Made by a program: the position numbers and the translations under genes. The notes under the pieces are model-generated. The model worked only from the letters and a program-made list of their open reading frames with translations. It searched no databases and was not told the origin of the DNA. From NCBI GenBank assembly GCA_964234715.1, contig OZ174281.1: a stretch of DNA of 64,000 nt; one strand, given 5' to 3'. Positions 1 to 13,160 of this stretch are shown piece after piece. How positions within the stretch are numbered: position 1 is the stretch's first letter; every line of letters starts with the position of its first letter. This stretch comes from Podarcis melisellensis. Its lineage: Eukaryota.

Positions 1-1451
1 CTGACACAACTGTGTGGTTGGGGCTGTGCAGGTGCACCAGCAGCCGTGCTAGATGTTCCCACAGTTAAAATCACATGACTCCAGCCTCACTGCTGCCCCA
101 TCCAGGTAGGCAACAGTGTATGGGGGTGAGGGGTGGATTCACCAGCTGCCCACCACCATGCATGTCACTACTACAGGTGGATAACTTTCAATGTCAGCTT
201 ATGAGCTCATGTATGACAATCAGTTGTCAAGCTCAGAGCCAGCATTATTAAAAACTAGCCGGTGATGACCTGTTAAACCTCCAGTCATCTTTCTTGGAGA
301 TCTTGATCCTCTTCTGCTTCTTGTTGCACAAAATCAGCAGGACTACTAAAACTGCTATACTGAATTTGCTGAATGCTTTCCCCCAGAAGACAGAAAATCA
401 AGCATCCGATCCACTAAGCAATGCCATAAAAGTTTCTTTCAAAATTAGTCTTCATCTCTCACTACAGAATATGCACTGGCAACAAACATTTCAACACATT
501 AGGCATGATCCAGCATTAATGTATATGAAGCAGCAAACACAGGGGTGTGCAGCTTGTATGTCCTTGAAAGATTGACTTTCCATGTGAAAGCATTCCAAGC
601 CAAAGAAGTGAGAGGGCATCTAACATTGTTATGACTCAATAATCATTAGTCACCTATGTTACTACAGCATGGAAGAGTGACTGGCGATGGTATAGATAGA
701 AATACTAGCCACATGCACACTCACCTACATACATACTGTTGGCCACAACTGTTCCAAGTGGTCATAATTTCTAATCATACATTGCAAATGCTCTTAGCTG
801 TTCTGACTGTTAAGGAAAGGAGGAAAGAGAAAGAGATTTTGGATTCATGATGCACACATATTTGGGTCGGCATATCGGACAATACAGGGACCACTGTTTT
901 TCCCTATTGCTCATTGCCTGTGTTTTGTCTTTCTAGTATATGGTTTTTGGAGGTGGGGAATTGATGCATTTTATATATTTATTTAAAATAATTATATAGT
1001 CCCTGTCCCACACTCAAAGAGTACCTAGGTTGTGTATAATATTAATTTAAGACCATATAAGCACTAGTTCAATGCAATAAAATGCATAATAAAGTACAGT
1101 ATATAATACTGTTGTCAGGAACTTAGTGGAGTTGAACACCGATGGCCAGCAAATACTTGGTCACATAGATACGTCTTTAAATGTTGTAATGTACTGCACC
1201 GTACATTATTATTGAATTCAAAAGGGAAGACTGTTCCACCACAGAGTAGGCCATCCTCATGGTTGCCAGAACATGTACTGATGCAGGTAATAAGACGACC
1301 AGGAATGTCTCCACTGAAGATCTTGGTGGACAGATGAAATGATATGAGAACAATCATTATCTTGAATAAACTTGTGTTAAGTTTTTTTTAGAAAGGATGT
1401 GGAAAAATGTAGAGAATTTAGGAGTGCTTCATTAATCTTTTGTGATATATC

Positions 1452-1612
1452 AGGACAGTTTCCTTTGGGAGGTTGTGGACTCCCCTTCCTTGGAGGTTTT
1501 TTTTAGCAGAGGTTGTATGGCCATCTGCCATTGATGCTCTAACTGAGATTCCTGCATTGCAGGGGGTTGGACCAGACGACCCTTGGGTCCCTTGCAACTC
1601 TATGACTCCATG
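1452..1612 (+). mobile_element. CR1 LINE 3' end fragment (paralogous copy ~18432..18592)
   Basis: gtggactccccttccttggaggtttt...gagattcctgcattgcagggggttggac...caactctatgactccatga resembles a CR1 3' end with a degenerate ATTCTATG tail; recognised by eye. Confidence 0.7.
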
Positions 1613-2527
1613 ACAGAAAGTCTAATTGCACCACTCATTGATGAGATACAGGCTGTGTACGAGCTCTTTTCATTCTGCAACCAGCATGCAGTCACTGGAC
1701 CTGAGGGGTTCTTGTACTATTGACAGCTTCCACCAATACTTCAACATATCATACACTGTGCTTTTCCAATCAGACCCAACTTTGTATGAGCTTTAATTTG
1801 TTTTAATCTATTCTGTTGTGATTTTAACTTTCTGTGTGCTTTAAATTATGGTTGTCATTTAAAAATATTATTTTATTCATTTTTACTAATATAAAAGTTT
1901 AACAATGTAGAACATTTCTATACTCTCAATCTGAAAAATACAAAAATATAGATCTCCATTGTTAAAACTGGACAAATCTCCCTCAGTTATAAATTATAAC
2001 TGTCCAAAAAATAATTAGGAAAGGTAGACTTTTGCAGATCCCATACCCGTCACGGCTCTTAACATGGCTTTGGGGCAAGATGTAAATTCCTCAGCTCTCA
2101 AGCTTAACCCCCATCCAAGTTCCTGGGAGCTGACTGCTTCTTGGTCTCTTGACACAGAAAACAGCTTTTTCAAAGCACCAGAAATTAATCTCTTGTTCAC
2201 TCATTTTTCCAAAATGAATACGGGAACCAAGACTTATATCTGGCTATTATCAATCACCATGTAATTATCTCTGTTGGCAGAAATCCAACAAAATATGTTC
2301 GTTCTGCTATTTCCTTCCCCACAACACATAAAAAAGCCATTTCCTTGCCCACAACACATAAAAACTTCCTAATATTTAGTTTAATAGTTTAATAATAAGG
2401 AAAATTTTGCCAATAACTAAAAAAATTGCAAACATATACAGGAATATGTTTGGGTGTTTGTTCTTCCATATATATTTTTAAAGAGAGAACATTAAAACAG
2501 CTACATATTCGAAATTAGCCATGCTGC

Positions 2528-2570
<43 letters not shown>

Positions 2571-2572
2571 AT
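2528..2572 (+). repeat. (TAAA)n microsatellite
   Basis: Direct reading. Confidence 0.95.
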
Positions 2573-2606
2573 TAGCATTGTCTCCACTCAAACATGCTAT
2601 GCTGTG

Positions 2607-2999
2607 TATGAAGAATGGCAGACAAAATTAATGGACTACGCAGAATTAGAGAAAAATGACAGGAAGGATTTGAAACCTGTGTGACCAGAGATTCACAGAA
2701 GATTGGAAGAAATATAAAAACTATTTGAAGAGGAACTGTAATCAACAAATTATGCTAGTAGGAAGTTTTGTAAGGAGAAATATATGAAATATTGCAAAGT
2801 AGAGAAAGAATAGAGATATTAGTTTTGAGAGTTAAATGTAATAGTGGAAGTAAGTGAATATTAAGTGAATAGATTGGAAAATTTTCAGATGTGATTGATA
2901 GAAGTAAAAAAAAATGGTGTAAGAAATGAAAGTATGCTAAATTACTGTTAAAATGATATGTTGAAAAATTAATTAAAAAATTATATTAAAAAAACAAAC
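2607..2999 (+). mobile_element. 5'-truncated L1-like retroelement insertion
   Basis: Flanked by ~17 bp TSD aaacatgctatg(c/g)tgtg (2590-2606 and 3000-3016), A-rich 3' tail, residual ORF YEEWQTKLMDYAEL; empty site in paralogs at ~8475 and ~19700. Family assignment is inferred. Confidence 0.75.
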
Positions 3000-3253
3000 A
3001 AACATGCTATGGTGTGGTCCCATATCATCACCCTAAGTCAGCATGACAATAGGCATCTAGATAATTTTGACAGAGCCTCCTCCAAACTGAAATGGTGCCC
3101 CTCAACAATTGCTGGAAAGGCCATTTATTAGCTGGAAAGGCCATTCTATTGTCTAGGAAGCCACTTTGATAACATCCACTGTTAATAACTAAACCCTCAA
3201 ACAAGTGATATCACACCTAAACCCCCCCCCACAAATAATGCAATATAACTCAC

Positions 3254-5683
3254 CGTGCTGTCATTTTCCTTTTCTGAAATTAAATTACCTCCACTGACCA
3301 TCAAAGAAATGTCAGAGCTGCCATTGCAAAGCATGTTCTCTGCTATTTGGACAGTGGGCTGCAGGAATGTCAGCTCATTCCTCCGGGATTCAGAGGACAG
3401 ACAGACCTGGTAGGAATAAGGCAAAGTTCCGTCCTCATAATTGGGTGGGAATATGGCACCAGCCTTTGAATGGGGGTCAGGAATAAAGCACTGAAGGAAA
3501 GTGGGGTTCCTTGACCTTCGAAGCTTCATCAGAATGGTCAGAATCACCGTCACCAGGAACAGAAAAGACACCAAGGTCAAGGCCAATACCAAATAAAACT
3601 GTAGATCAGACTGATATTCTGAGTCATTTGGTTGGGAGTTCATTTCTGGAAGAGCCTCCTGGAAGTTCTCAGCAAACACCAGGCTCAAAGTTGTGGTGGC
3701 TGAGAGAGGAGGATGCCCATTGTCCTTCACCAGGATGACCAGCCTCTGCTTCACAGCATCTCTCTCAAGTAATGCTCGGACTGTTTGCACCTCTCCTGTG
3801 TGGGAGCCAATGCTGAAGAGTGAGGGCTCTGTGGCCTGCAGGAGATGGAAGGAGAGCCAGGCATTGTGTCCCGAATCAGAGTCCACCGCCACCACCTTCG
3901 TCACCAGATAACCCGACTCAGCTGACCGAGGCACCATCTCAAAGAAAGGTGAGCCCTCTGTTGACTGTGAGGGGTACAGGATCTGGGGGGCGTTATCATT
4001 TCGATCCAAAACACATACTGTCACTGTGGCACTGCTATTAAGTGGTGGAGAACCTCCATCTTGGGCCTTCACTTGAATCTGAAACTCCCTGAATTGCTCA
4101 TAGTCAAAGGAGCGTTGGGCATAGATGATCCCAGTCTCAGAGTTAATGGAGACATAGGAGGAGAGAGGCAAGTCCTTGATGTTGCTGTGAAGGATGGAGT
4201 AAGTGATTCTGGCATTGCGATCCAGATCTGGGTCAGAGGCCTTGATGTGGAAAATTGAAGCTCCAGATGGGTTGTTCTCTGGAACATAGGCAGTGTAGGA
4301 AGATTTCTCAAAGGCTGGTGGGTTATCATTGATATCTGAGATCAGTATTGATATGGATTTGTGTGTGGAGAGTGGAGGTGTGCCTTTGTCTGTGGCTATG
4401 ATTGTAATATTATACTCGGTAGTCCTTTCTCTGTCAAGGGCACCATCTATGAGGAGCTTGAAGTAATTACTCGAAGATGAGACTATCAGGAAAGGTCCAA
4501 GTTCCTTCAGGTGACAGGTGACTTCTCCGTTATCCCCAGAATCCCTGTCCTGAACTTTAATGAGAGCAATCACAGCTCCAGAAGTGACATCTTCAGGAAC
4601 TGGGCTGGACACGGATGTAAGGATCACATCTGGAGCATTGTCATTCTCATCAAGAACCTCAATCTCCACATTGCAATGTGCCGCTAAGCCTCCTCCATCA
4701 CTTGCCTTAATTATCATCAGATATTTTTGTCTGTCCTCAAAATCAACACTTTCTATAAGTGTAATTGTTCCATCTCTGGGATCGAGATAAAACTTCTGCT
4801 TGGCTGTTTTTGGGATGTCACTGAAAGTGTAAGTGATCTCAGCATTGGACCCTTCATCACTGTCAGATGCTTTGACTTGAAGCACAGAGGTTCCTTTGGG
4901 TGCATTCTCCTTCAGGCTCACTTTATAGATTTTCTGGGTGAAAACAGGGGCATTGTCATTGATATCAATAACTGCCACCAATATTTTGGCTGTTCCGGTT
5001 TTTGGAGGTTCTCCACCATCCATGGCTGTAAGGACCATGTGATGCATCTGTTCTTTTTCCCTGTCCAGTTGTTTCTGCAATATTAATTCTGCATATTTGC
5101 CACCATCATTGCCAGCTTGAATTTCTAGTTTGAAATATGGAGTTGAGCTCAATTGATAATTCTGAAGGGAGTTCATTCCAATATCATCATCTTCAGCATT
5201 TCCAAGAGCAAATCGAGTTCCCGGCAGAGTAGACTCACTCAATTTAAGCTCAATATTTTCATTTTGGAAATGTGGGGCATTATCATTAATGTCCTGGATA
5301 AAAATATTTATGTGGAAAATATTCAAAGGATCGTGTGCCACAACTTCTAATTCGAGGACACAAGTGGATGATTCCCCACAGATCTCTTCTCGGTCTATCC
5401 TCTCATTCACATACAGGTTGCCATTTTGTTTATTCAAATCAAAGAATTGCTTTTCTGAAGAAATACCCAGCTTGCGCTTTGACAGCTCTCTGAGATCCAA
5501 CCCCAGATCTTTAGCAAGGTTCCCCACAAAGGAGCCCTGCTCTGCTTCCTCTGGAACTGAATACTGAACCTGCTCAGACCCCACCTGGCAGAAGAACACC
5601 GACCAGAATATGAACAGAAACAGTACTTGCCTCCTGATGATCTTCCTTGTTCTCTCTGCCTGCTTTACTTCCATCACATCCAT
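3254..5683 (-). CDS. PCDHGB: Protocadherin gamma variable exon E1, gammaB-like (810 codons, spliced to constant exons outside the window)
   Basis: ORF 3197..5725. ATG taken at 5683 (MDVMEVK) as in paralogs; the ORF track starts at an upstream TTG. Six cadherin repeats (DRE, DxNDNxP, AxDxG), EC1 C-x5-C (ICGESSTC), [11 protein letters not shown], gammaB-type tail [13 protein letters not shown]. Donor ACG|GTGAGT at 3254/3253. Symbol is subfamily level only. Confidence 0.93.
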
Positions 5684-5914
5684 TGCCTTTCCTGATTTCT
5701 CCTCCTCTTTCACTTCAGTTTTCAAGACTCCCAGTACACTTATTTGAAATAATAGAAATATTGTTCTTTTGAGCTGATCTTTGGGAAACTGAGAGCTTTC
5801 CTTTCTTGAGCAGCTTTTAAAATAAAAGCATTTCCTTTCTGCTCAGCTGAAGTGTTAAGAGAGAGAGACTGCTCTAAGAGTCTCGGAAATGCTGAGCCAT
5901 GGCTGCTCCCATGT

Positions 5915-5937
5915 TGTCCAACAGTGACACTCTGAGC
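5915..5937 (-). promoter_or_regulatory. CSE promoter element of E1 (CACT variant, putative CTCF site)
   Basis: Minus strand CTCAGAGTGT-CACT-GTTGGAC, ~240 bp upstream of ATG; same motif recurs upstream of all ten exons. Confidence 0.8.
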
Positions 5938-7455
5938 CCATACGGTGAACTGCTTTTACTATTTCTATAATTCTACATGGAATTTTATCTCTTAAGTAGG
6001 GAATTGTTTGTAATATAAGTACACCTTTAAATGCAATCAGAAACAAATTTCTTCTCCATCACTTGTGTGCATCCTCGCTTCCCAGTCCCTCACCATTCAG
6101 CATCATTGCTTTATTTTCTTTCTTTAAAAAGAAGTGGGAAAAAACACAAGAAAACCATAGGAATAGTAGAGAGGGGATGCTTTTTGGAGAGTAGGGCTCA
6201 TCAGATATAGAAGGTTTGTTTCCAGAGGCTTCTAAAGAAATTGTGTTCTTCTAGGTCATTTAAGGAGTGTAATTCCTTGTCAGGGTATACAAGGTTTGTC
6301 AATGTCTCCTTCATTGGATCAGGAGGCAGAGGGAACTACATGCTCTCTGGCAGGAAATTCCACTTCTGTGCATACTCAGGAACATCATTTCTGGTTCAAG
6401 GTTAGGACTGTATTACCTCTGTCAATTGACAGTTCCCACCAGCACCTCACACCTTTTCAAAGCTGATTTTTTTTTTACTTGAAAAGGGGAAGAAATGGCA
6501 GGGAGGTTTAGCTAACGGTATTGATGAACCCCATTTTATGCTTGAAATTAATTCAAAGAAAACTGGGTCCTCGCTGAACTAAAGTGATTAAAAAAGATGG
6601 GAGAACTTATATTTAAAATCTTCCCATAGGACCTGGACTAAAGCTAGCTGCACTCTTTATAAAATAGATAACATGTAATACATTATTATGTTATTTGCTG
6701 TCTTTCATCCAGTTTAAACATAGCATTAATATCTCTATACTTTTGCATAATTCCATTTAAAAAGTTTCTGTAAAGGAATAAAATACTGAAAGACCAAACT
6801 AACCATTGTGCATTTGATTAATGTGATCAAAATATTTTACCACATGTATTTACAATAATGTAATGCAACTGTTTCTAGCACCATTTCACCCCAGGTGTTC
6901 CCAATATTAAATCATTTCCAGTTTCTCTTTAACCGTCATACAATTTTGTGTGAATCAAAGCATTCCCAACCCACCCGCTCCAATGCAGTTTTGATTCTGC
7001 AATGAACGTACTTCCAGGACATTGTCACAAATGGTCACCCCTACAATATCTTCAAAGCTCAGACCCTACCAGCTACAGCTGTGTCAATAACTTGGCACAA
7101 ACCATATAATGTTGTTTGGGGACATCTTTCTATCCCAGGACAGTTTTCTTGTGAGTTTCTTAATAGGGTCAGAAACACATCCCACAAATAAGTGTTCTCC
7201 GGCTTGGAATGTTTGGACATTGTCAAGCACTCTTCTTCTGACACCACAGACACATATATTTTCTGGGATTCAAAATTCTACCCTCATCTTATATTGGAAA
7301 TCGCATTGGGGTAGAAACACCCCCCCAAAAAAAGTTGGTGTGTTGCTGTTGTTTTCTGACACAGGGTGAAGGTTCCAAGTTATAAGGAGTATAATGCAAT
7401 CAATCTTACATTCGATTGCCTTCATTTTAAATTTGCTTTAACTTGTATTAATCTA

Positions 7456-7697
7456 CAGTGGTACCTCGGGTTACATACGCTTCAGGTTACATACGTTTCA
7501 GGTTACAGACTCTGCTAACCCAGAAATAGTACCTCAGGTTAAGAACTTTGCTTCAGGATGAGAACAAAAATCGTGCTCTGGCGGCGTGGCGGCAGCAGGA
7601 AGCCCCATTAGCTGAAGTATTGCTTCAGGTTAAGAACAGTTTCAGGTTAAGAACGGACCTCCGGAATGAATTAAGTACTTAACCCAAGGTACCACTG
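7456..7697. mobile_element. Tc1/mariner(pogo)-type MITE
   Basis: TIRs CAGTGGTACCT(C/T)GGGTT, TA target duplication; empty site atcTAttctg at ~1809 and ~18790. Confidence 0.92.
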
Positions 7698-8404
7698 TAT
7701 TCTGTTGTGATTTTAACTTTCTGTGTGCTTTAAATTATGGTTGTCATTTTTAAAATATTATTTTTAATAATATAAAAGTTTAACAATGTAGAACATTTAT
7801 ATACTCTCAATCTAAAAAATACAAATATACAGATTTTCATTGTTAAAACTGGACAAATCTCCATCAGTTTTAAATTATAACTGCCCCAAAAATAATTAAG
7901 AAAGGGAGACTTTTACAGATCCCATACCCATCTCGGCTCTTACATGGCTTTAGGGCAAGATGTAAATTCCACAGCTCTCAAGTCACTTAACCCCCATCCG
8001 AGTTCCTAGGAGCTGACTGCTTCTTGGTCAATTGACAACAGAAAACAGCCTTTTCAAAGCACCAGGGATTATTCTCTCGTTCACTCTTTTCCCCAAAATG
8101 AATATGGGAGCCAAGAGACTTATGTCTGGCTATCATCAATCACCATGTAATTATCCCTGCTGGCAGACTGTCAACAAAAGATGTTCAATCCTCTATTTCC
8201 TTCCCCATAACACATAAAAAACTCTCCACAAACTTCCTAATATTTAGTTTGATAATAAGGAGAATTTTGCCAATAACTAAAAAATTTGCAAACTTCTTGA
8301 AGCATATACTATGTAGGATGTTTTTGTGTTTGTTCTTGCATATACTGTATCTTCTTAAAAAGAGAACATTAAAATAGCTACATATTCAAATTTAGTCATG
8401 CTGC

Positions 8405-8416
8405 AAAGAAAGAAAA

Positions 8417-8448
<32 letters not shown>

Positions 8449-8450
8449 AA
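8405..8450 (+). repeat. (GAAA)n microsatellite
   Basis: Direct reading. Confidence 0.95.
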
Positions 8451-8772
8451 ACAATTTAGCACTGTCTCCACTCAAACATACTATACTATGGTCCCAGATC
8501 ATCACCCTAAGTCAGCATGAAGATAGGCATCTAGATAATTCAGACTGAGGCTTCCATAATTTGCAGTTTTCTCCCTCAACAACTGCTGAAAAATCCATCC
8601 CATTAGGTTGCTCTGCAGCAGTAGCAGCTCAGTATTACTCTCTACCTACGTTCCTGGTAACATGGCATGAATTGTCTGGAGTGCCAGTTTGATAACATCC
8701 ACTGTTTACAAATAAACTCTCAAAAAAGTGATAACACCAAATTCCCTATAAGGAACATGAAATATAACTCAC

Positions 8773-11202
8773 CGTGCTGTCATTTTCCTTTTCAGAAATT
8801 AAATTGCCTCCACCGACCATCAAAGAAATGTCAGAGTTGCCATTGTAAAGGATGTTCTCTGCTATTTGGACAGTGGGCTGCAGGAATGTCAGCTCATTCC
8901 TCCTGGATTCAGAGGACAGACAGACCTGATAGGAATAAGGCAAAGTTCCGTCCTCATAATTGGGTGGGAATATGGCACCAGCCTTTGAGTGGGGGTCAGG
9001 AATAAAGCACTGAAGGAAAGTGGGGTTCCTTGACCTTCGAAGCTTCATCAGAATGGTCAGAATCACCGTCACCAGGAACAGAAAAGACACCAAGGTCAAG
9101 GCCAATACCAAATAAAACTGTAGATCAGACTGATATTCTGAGTCATTTGGTTGGGAGTTCATTTCTGGAAGAGCCTCCTGGAAGTTCTCAGCAAACACCA
9201 GGCTCAAAGTTGTGGTGGCTGAGAGAGGAGGATGCCCATTGTCCTTCACCAGGATGACCAGCCTCTGCTTCACAGCATCTCTCTCAAGTAATGCTCGGAC
9301 TGTTTGCACCTCTCCTGTGTGGGAGCCAATGCTGAAGAGTGAGGGCTCTGTGGCCTGCAGGAGATGGAAGGAGAGCCAGGCATTGTGTCCCGAATCAGAG
9401 TCCACGGCCACCACCTTCGTCACCAGATAACCCGACTCAGCTGACCGAGGCACCATCTCAAAGAAAGGTGAGCCCTCTGTTGATTGTGAGGGGTACAGGA
9501 TCTGCGGAGCGTTATCATTTCGATCCAAAACACATACTGTCACTGTGGCACTGCTATTGAGTGGTGGAGAACCTCCATCTTGGGCCTTCACTTGAATCTG
9601 AAACTCCCTGAATTGCTCATAGTCAAAGGAGCGTTGGGCATAGATGATCCCGGTCTCAGAGTTAATGGAGACATAGGAGGAGAGAGGCAGATCCTTTATG
9701 TTGCTGTTAAGGATGGAGTAAGTGATTCTGGCATTGCGATCCAGATCTGGGTCAGAGGCCTTGATGTGGAAAATTGAAGCTCCAGATGGATTGTTCTCTC
9801 GGACATAGGCAGCGTAGGAAGTTTTTTCAAAGGCTGGTGGGTTATCATTGATATCTGAGATCTGTATTGATATGGTTTTGTGTGTGGAGAGTGGAGGTGA
9901 ACCTTTGTCTGTGGCTATGATTGTAATATTATACTCGGGAGTCCTTTCTCTGTCAAGGGCACCATCTATGAGGAGCTTGAAATAATTGTCCGAGGATGAG
10001 ACTATCAGGAAAGGTACAAGTTCCTTCAGGTGACAGGTGACTTCTCCATTATCCCCAGAATCCCTGTCCTGAACTTTAATGAGAGCAATCACAGCTCCAG
10101 ATGCGACATCTTCAGGAACGGGGCTGGACACGGATGTAAGGATCACATCTGGAGCATTGTCATTTTCATCAAGAACCTCAACCTCCACTTTGCAATGTGC
10201 TGCCAATCCTCCTCCATCACTTGCCTGAATTATCATCACATAATATTGACTCTCTTCAAAATCAACGCTTTCTATGAGTGCAATGGTTCCATCTCTGGGA
10301 TCCAGATGAAATTTCTGCTCAGCTGTTTTTGAGATGTCACTGAATGTATAAGTGATCTCAGCATTGGACCCTTCATCACTGTCAGATGCTTTGACTTGAA
10401 GCACAGAGGATCCTTTGGGTGCATTCTCCTTCAGGCTCACTTTATAGATTGTCTGGGTGAAAACAGGGGCATTGTCATTAATATCAATAACTGTTACCAA
10501 TATTTTGGCGGTTCCGGTTTTTGGAGGTTCTCCACCATCCATAGCTGTAAGGACCATGTAGTGCGTGTGTTCCTTTTCCCTGTCCAGTTGTTTCTGCAAT
10601 ATTAACTCTGCATATTTGCCACCATCATTGCTGTTTTGAATTTCTAGTTTGAAATATGGAGTTGAGCTCAATTGATAATTCTGGAGGGAGTTTATTCCAA
10701 TATCATCATCTTCAGCATTTCCAAGAGCAAATCGAGTTCCTGGCAGAGTAGATTCACTAAATTTAAGCTCAACATTTTCATTCCGGAAATATGGGGCATT
10801 GTCATTAATGTCCTGGATAAAAATATTTACGTGGAAAATATTCAAAGGATTTTGTGCTACAACTTCTAATTTGAGGACACAAGTAGATGATTTGCCACAA
10901 ATCTCTTCCCGATCTATCCTCTCATTCACATACAGGTTGCCATTTTGTTCATTCAGATCAAAGAATTTCTTTTCTGAAGAAATACCAAGCTTGCGCTTTG
11001 ACAGCTCTCTGACATTCAACCCCAGATCTTTAGCAAGGTTCCCCACAAAGGAGCCCTGCTCTGCTTCCTCTGGAACAGAATACTGAACCTTCTCAGACAC
11101 TACCTGGCAGCAGAACACAGAGCAGAATATGAACAGAAACAGTACTTGCCTCTTGGTGATCTTCCTTGTTCTCTCTGCCTGCTTTTCTTCCATCACATCC
11201 AT
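8773..11202 (-). CDS. PCDHGB: Protocadherin gamma variable exon E2, gammaB-like (810 codons)
   Basis: ORF 8746..11202; close paralog of E1; donor ACG|GTGAGT at 8773/8772. Confidence 0.93.
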
Positions 11203-11425
11203 TGCATTTCCTGATTTCTTCCTTCTTTCAGTATAGTTTGCAAGACTCCCAGTACACTTAAGTGAGATAGTACCAATAACGTTCTTTTGAGCTGATTCTT
11301 GGGAAACTGAGAGCTTTCCTTTCTTGAGCAGCTTTTAAAAGAAAAGCTTTTCCTTTCTGCTCATCTGAAGAGAGAGAGACTGCTCCAAGAGTCTCAGAAA
11401 TGCTGAGCCATGGCTGCTCCCACGT

Positions 11426-11448
11426 TGTCCAACAGTGACACTCTGAGT
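11426..11448 (-). promoter_or_regulatory. CSE promoter element of E2 (CACT variant)
   Basis: + strand tgtccaacAGTGacactctgag. Confidence 0.8.
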
Positions 11449-13160
11449 TCACATGGGGAACTGTATTTCCCATTTCAATAATGGTACATAGTATATAATT
11501 TCTAATGTAGAGAACTGCTTTTAATTTATCCCTTAACCATTGTTTTCAGGTTGTACCCCCCTCAATGGATTATTGATCAGACCTTATAGTTATTCACTCC
11601 ATTAAGGACTCTTTTCTGTATGCAGGTCAATGAGACCAGAGCTCCAAATTTCTTTCTTCCATGTCTAATGTGCATTAAAAAAAATCTAAACGATATTTAA
11701 AAAGTATCACCGTGAATATTTAATACATATTCCCATCAGAGGTTCAGCTGGGTTGACCCACATCCTCCCAGCATACTTTTCATTGTCCAATTCACACATT
11801 AGTAGAACCTCAGGATAGTCCTTCTAGGACATTGTCAGAAATGGTCACCCAGACAACTTCCCCAAATTTCAGCAAGTTACCATTCATTGTTTTCTTTACG
11901 GGAACAAAAAAACCCCACATGCCTCATAAAATGTCCCCCAAATGCATCAATTCTTGCCACTGTAGTGTGTTTACAACTCCAACCATGACAGCATATTTTT
12001 AATAGAAAAATACAAGCGACATGTCACCAAAGAGCACTGGAATCAAAACAGCTTATAGTCACGTGACAGAGGAGTAAATAAACTTGCAGTCACATTTCCA
12101 GTGATACACCCATTGTAGCAGTGTGGAATTACCTAGAAGAACACACCTTCGGCTGAAACTGTTTTCATTCATATTACAGGGAGAAGGCAACATACGACAC
12201 CTTCTCTGGGGTTCAAAATTCTACTCCTACCTTACACTGGAAATCTCATTAAAATAGAAAATACCCCCCAACGCCGTTTGTGTGTTGCTGCTGTAGTTCA
12301 ATAGCGGATGAAGGTTGCAAATTACAACGAGCATTATGCAACCAATCTTACAATTGCTTGTAAATTTCTTCCCAGAGTCCCCTCACCATTGAATCTCCTC
12401 ATTTTATCATGCTAAAATATACCAACAGCCAAAATAACTCAGCCAATAAAAGGGTTAAGTAAATTCATTATTACTTTTAAAAAAAGAAGTCTTGTAGCAA
12501 TGAGAATATCAGTATCAGCTTACTGGTGGGCGGTTGTGTATGTAGTGGAAAGAGGTTATTGGTGGAAAGATGGGAATGAACACTTATTTGTCATAGGATA
12601 CTTGGCCCTAGTTTTCACGGAGGCAGACAACAACTTACCAGTAGCAAGGCAGGTGAGAGCTCACATTTATATACTTATTTATTGATAGAGGTTTCTTAAA
12701 CCACCCACTATTTGGAAGTGTAATAAAAATATGAAATAAAAGCCAAATACAACATACTAAGTTAAAACAATTAAGAATGCATTAAATCAGGAACTCACCT
12801 GCTGCACATGAAAATAGGATGAGCCTAGCCTTCTCCCTATCTCCTTTACATGATAGTTTCAATATGTAGTGAACTATGTTTTTTTTTATAGATGTGCACA
12901 AGATTCTGTGAGCCTCCACCAGCAGTCCAAAGTAAGAGACAAAGACAGATCATCTGATGCATCAAGATAAAGATTTGATGAAAGAAGATACTTCACAGAA
13001 GGATCACGTATAAAGTAATAACTAAAAGAAGGGGGAGCTGAAAGTAATAGAAAGAAGACTGACATAGTTCTGAATATAATGAGAAAGCAGAGGCAGACAG
13101 GAAATATATTCTAATATTAAGAAAACCAAAAATCATGTTAATCTAAAATTATTTGCTCAC

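Larger units (their letters stand above)
1..7428. repeat. Segmental duplication containing E1; paralog of ~17341..24163 (contains E4)
   Basis: Position 1 onward matches 17341 onward almost base for base; collinear, with indels, through E1/E4 and their upstream regions. Confidence 0.92.

Noticed and set aside
3511-4258. Plus-strand ORFs repeated in every gammaB and gammaA exon (e.g. MTFEASSEW..., MRSDGGSTG...)
   Set aside because: Antisense shadows of homogenised coding sequence; the repetition reflects exon identity, not separate genes.
5684-5725. 14-aa N-terminal extension of E1
   Set aside because: Starts at TTG and is not open in paralogs; the ATG at 5683 matches the others.
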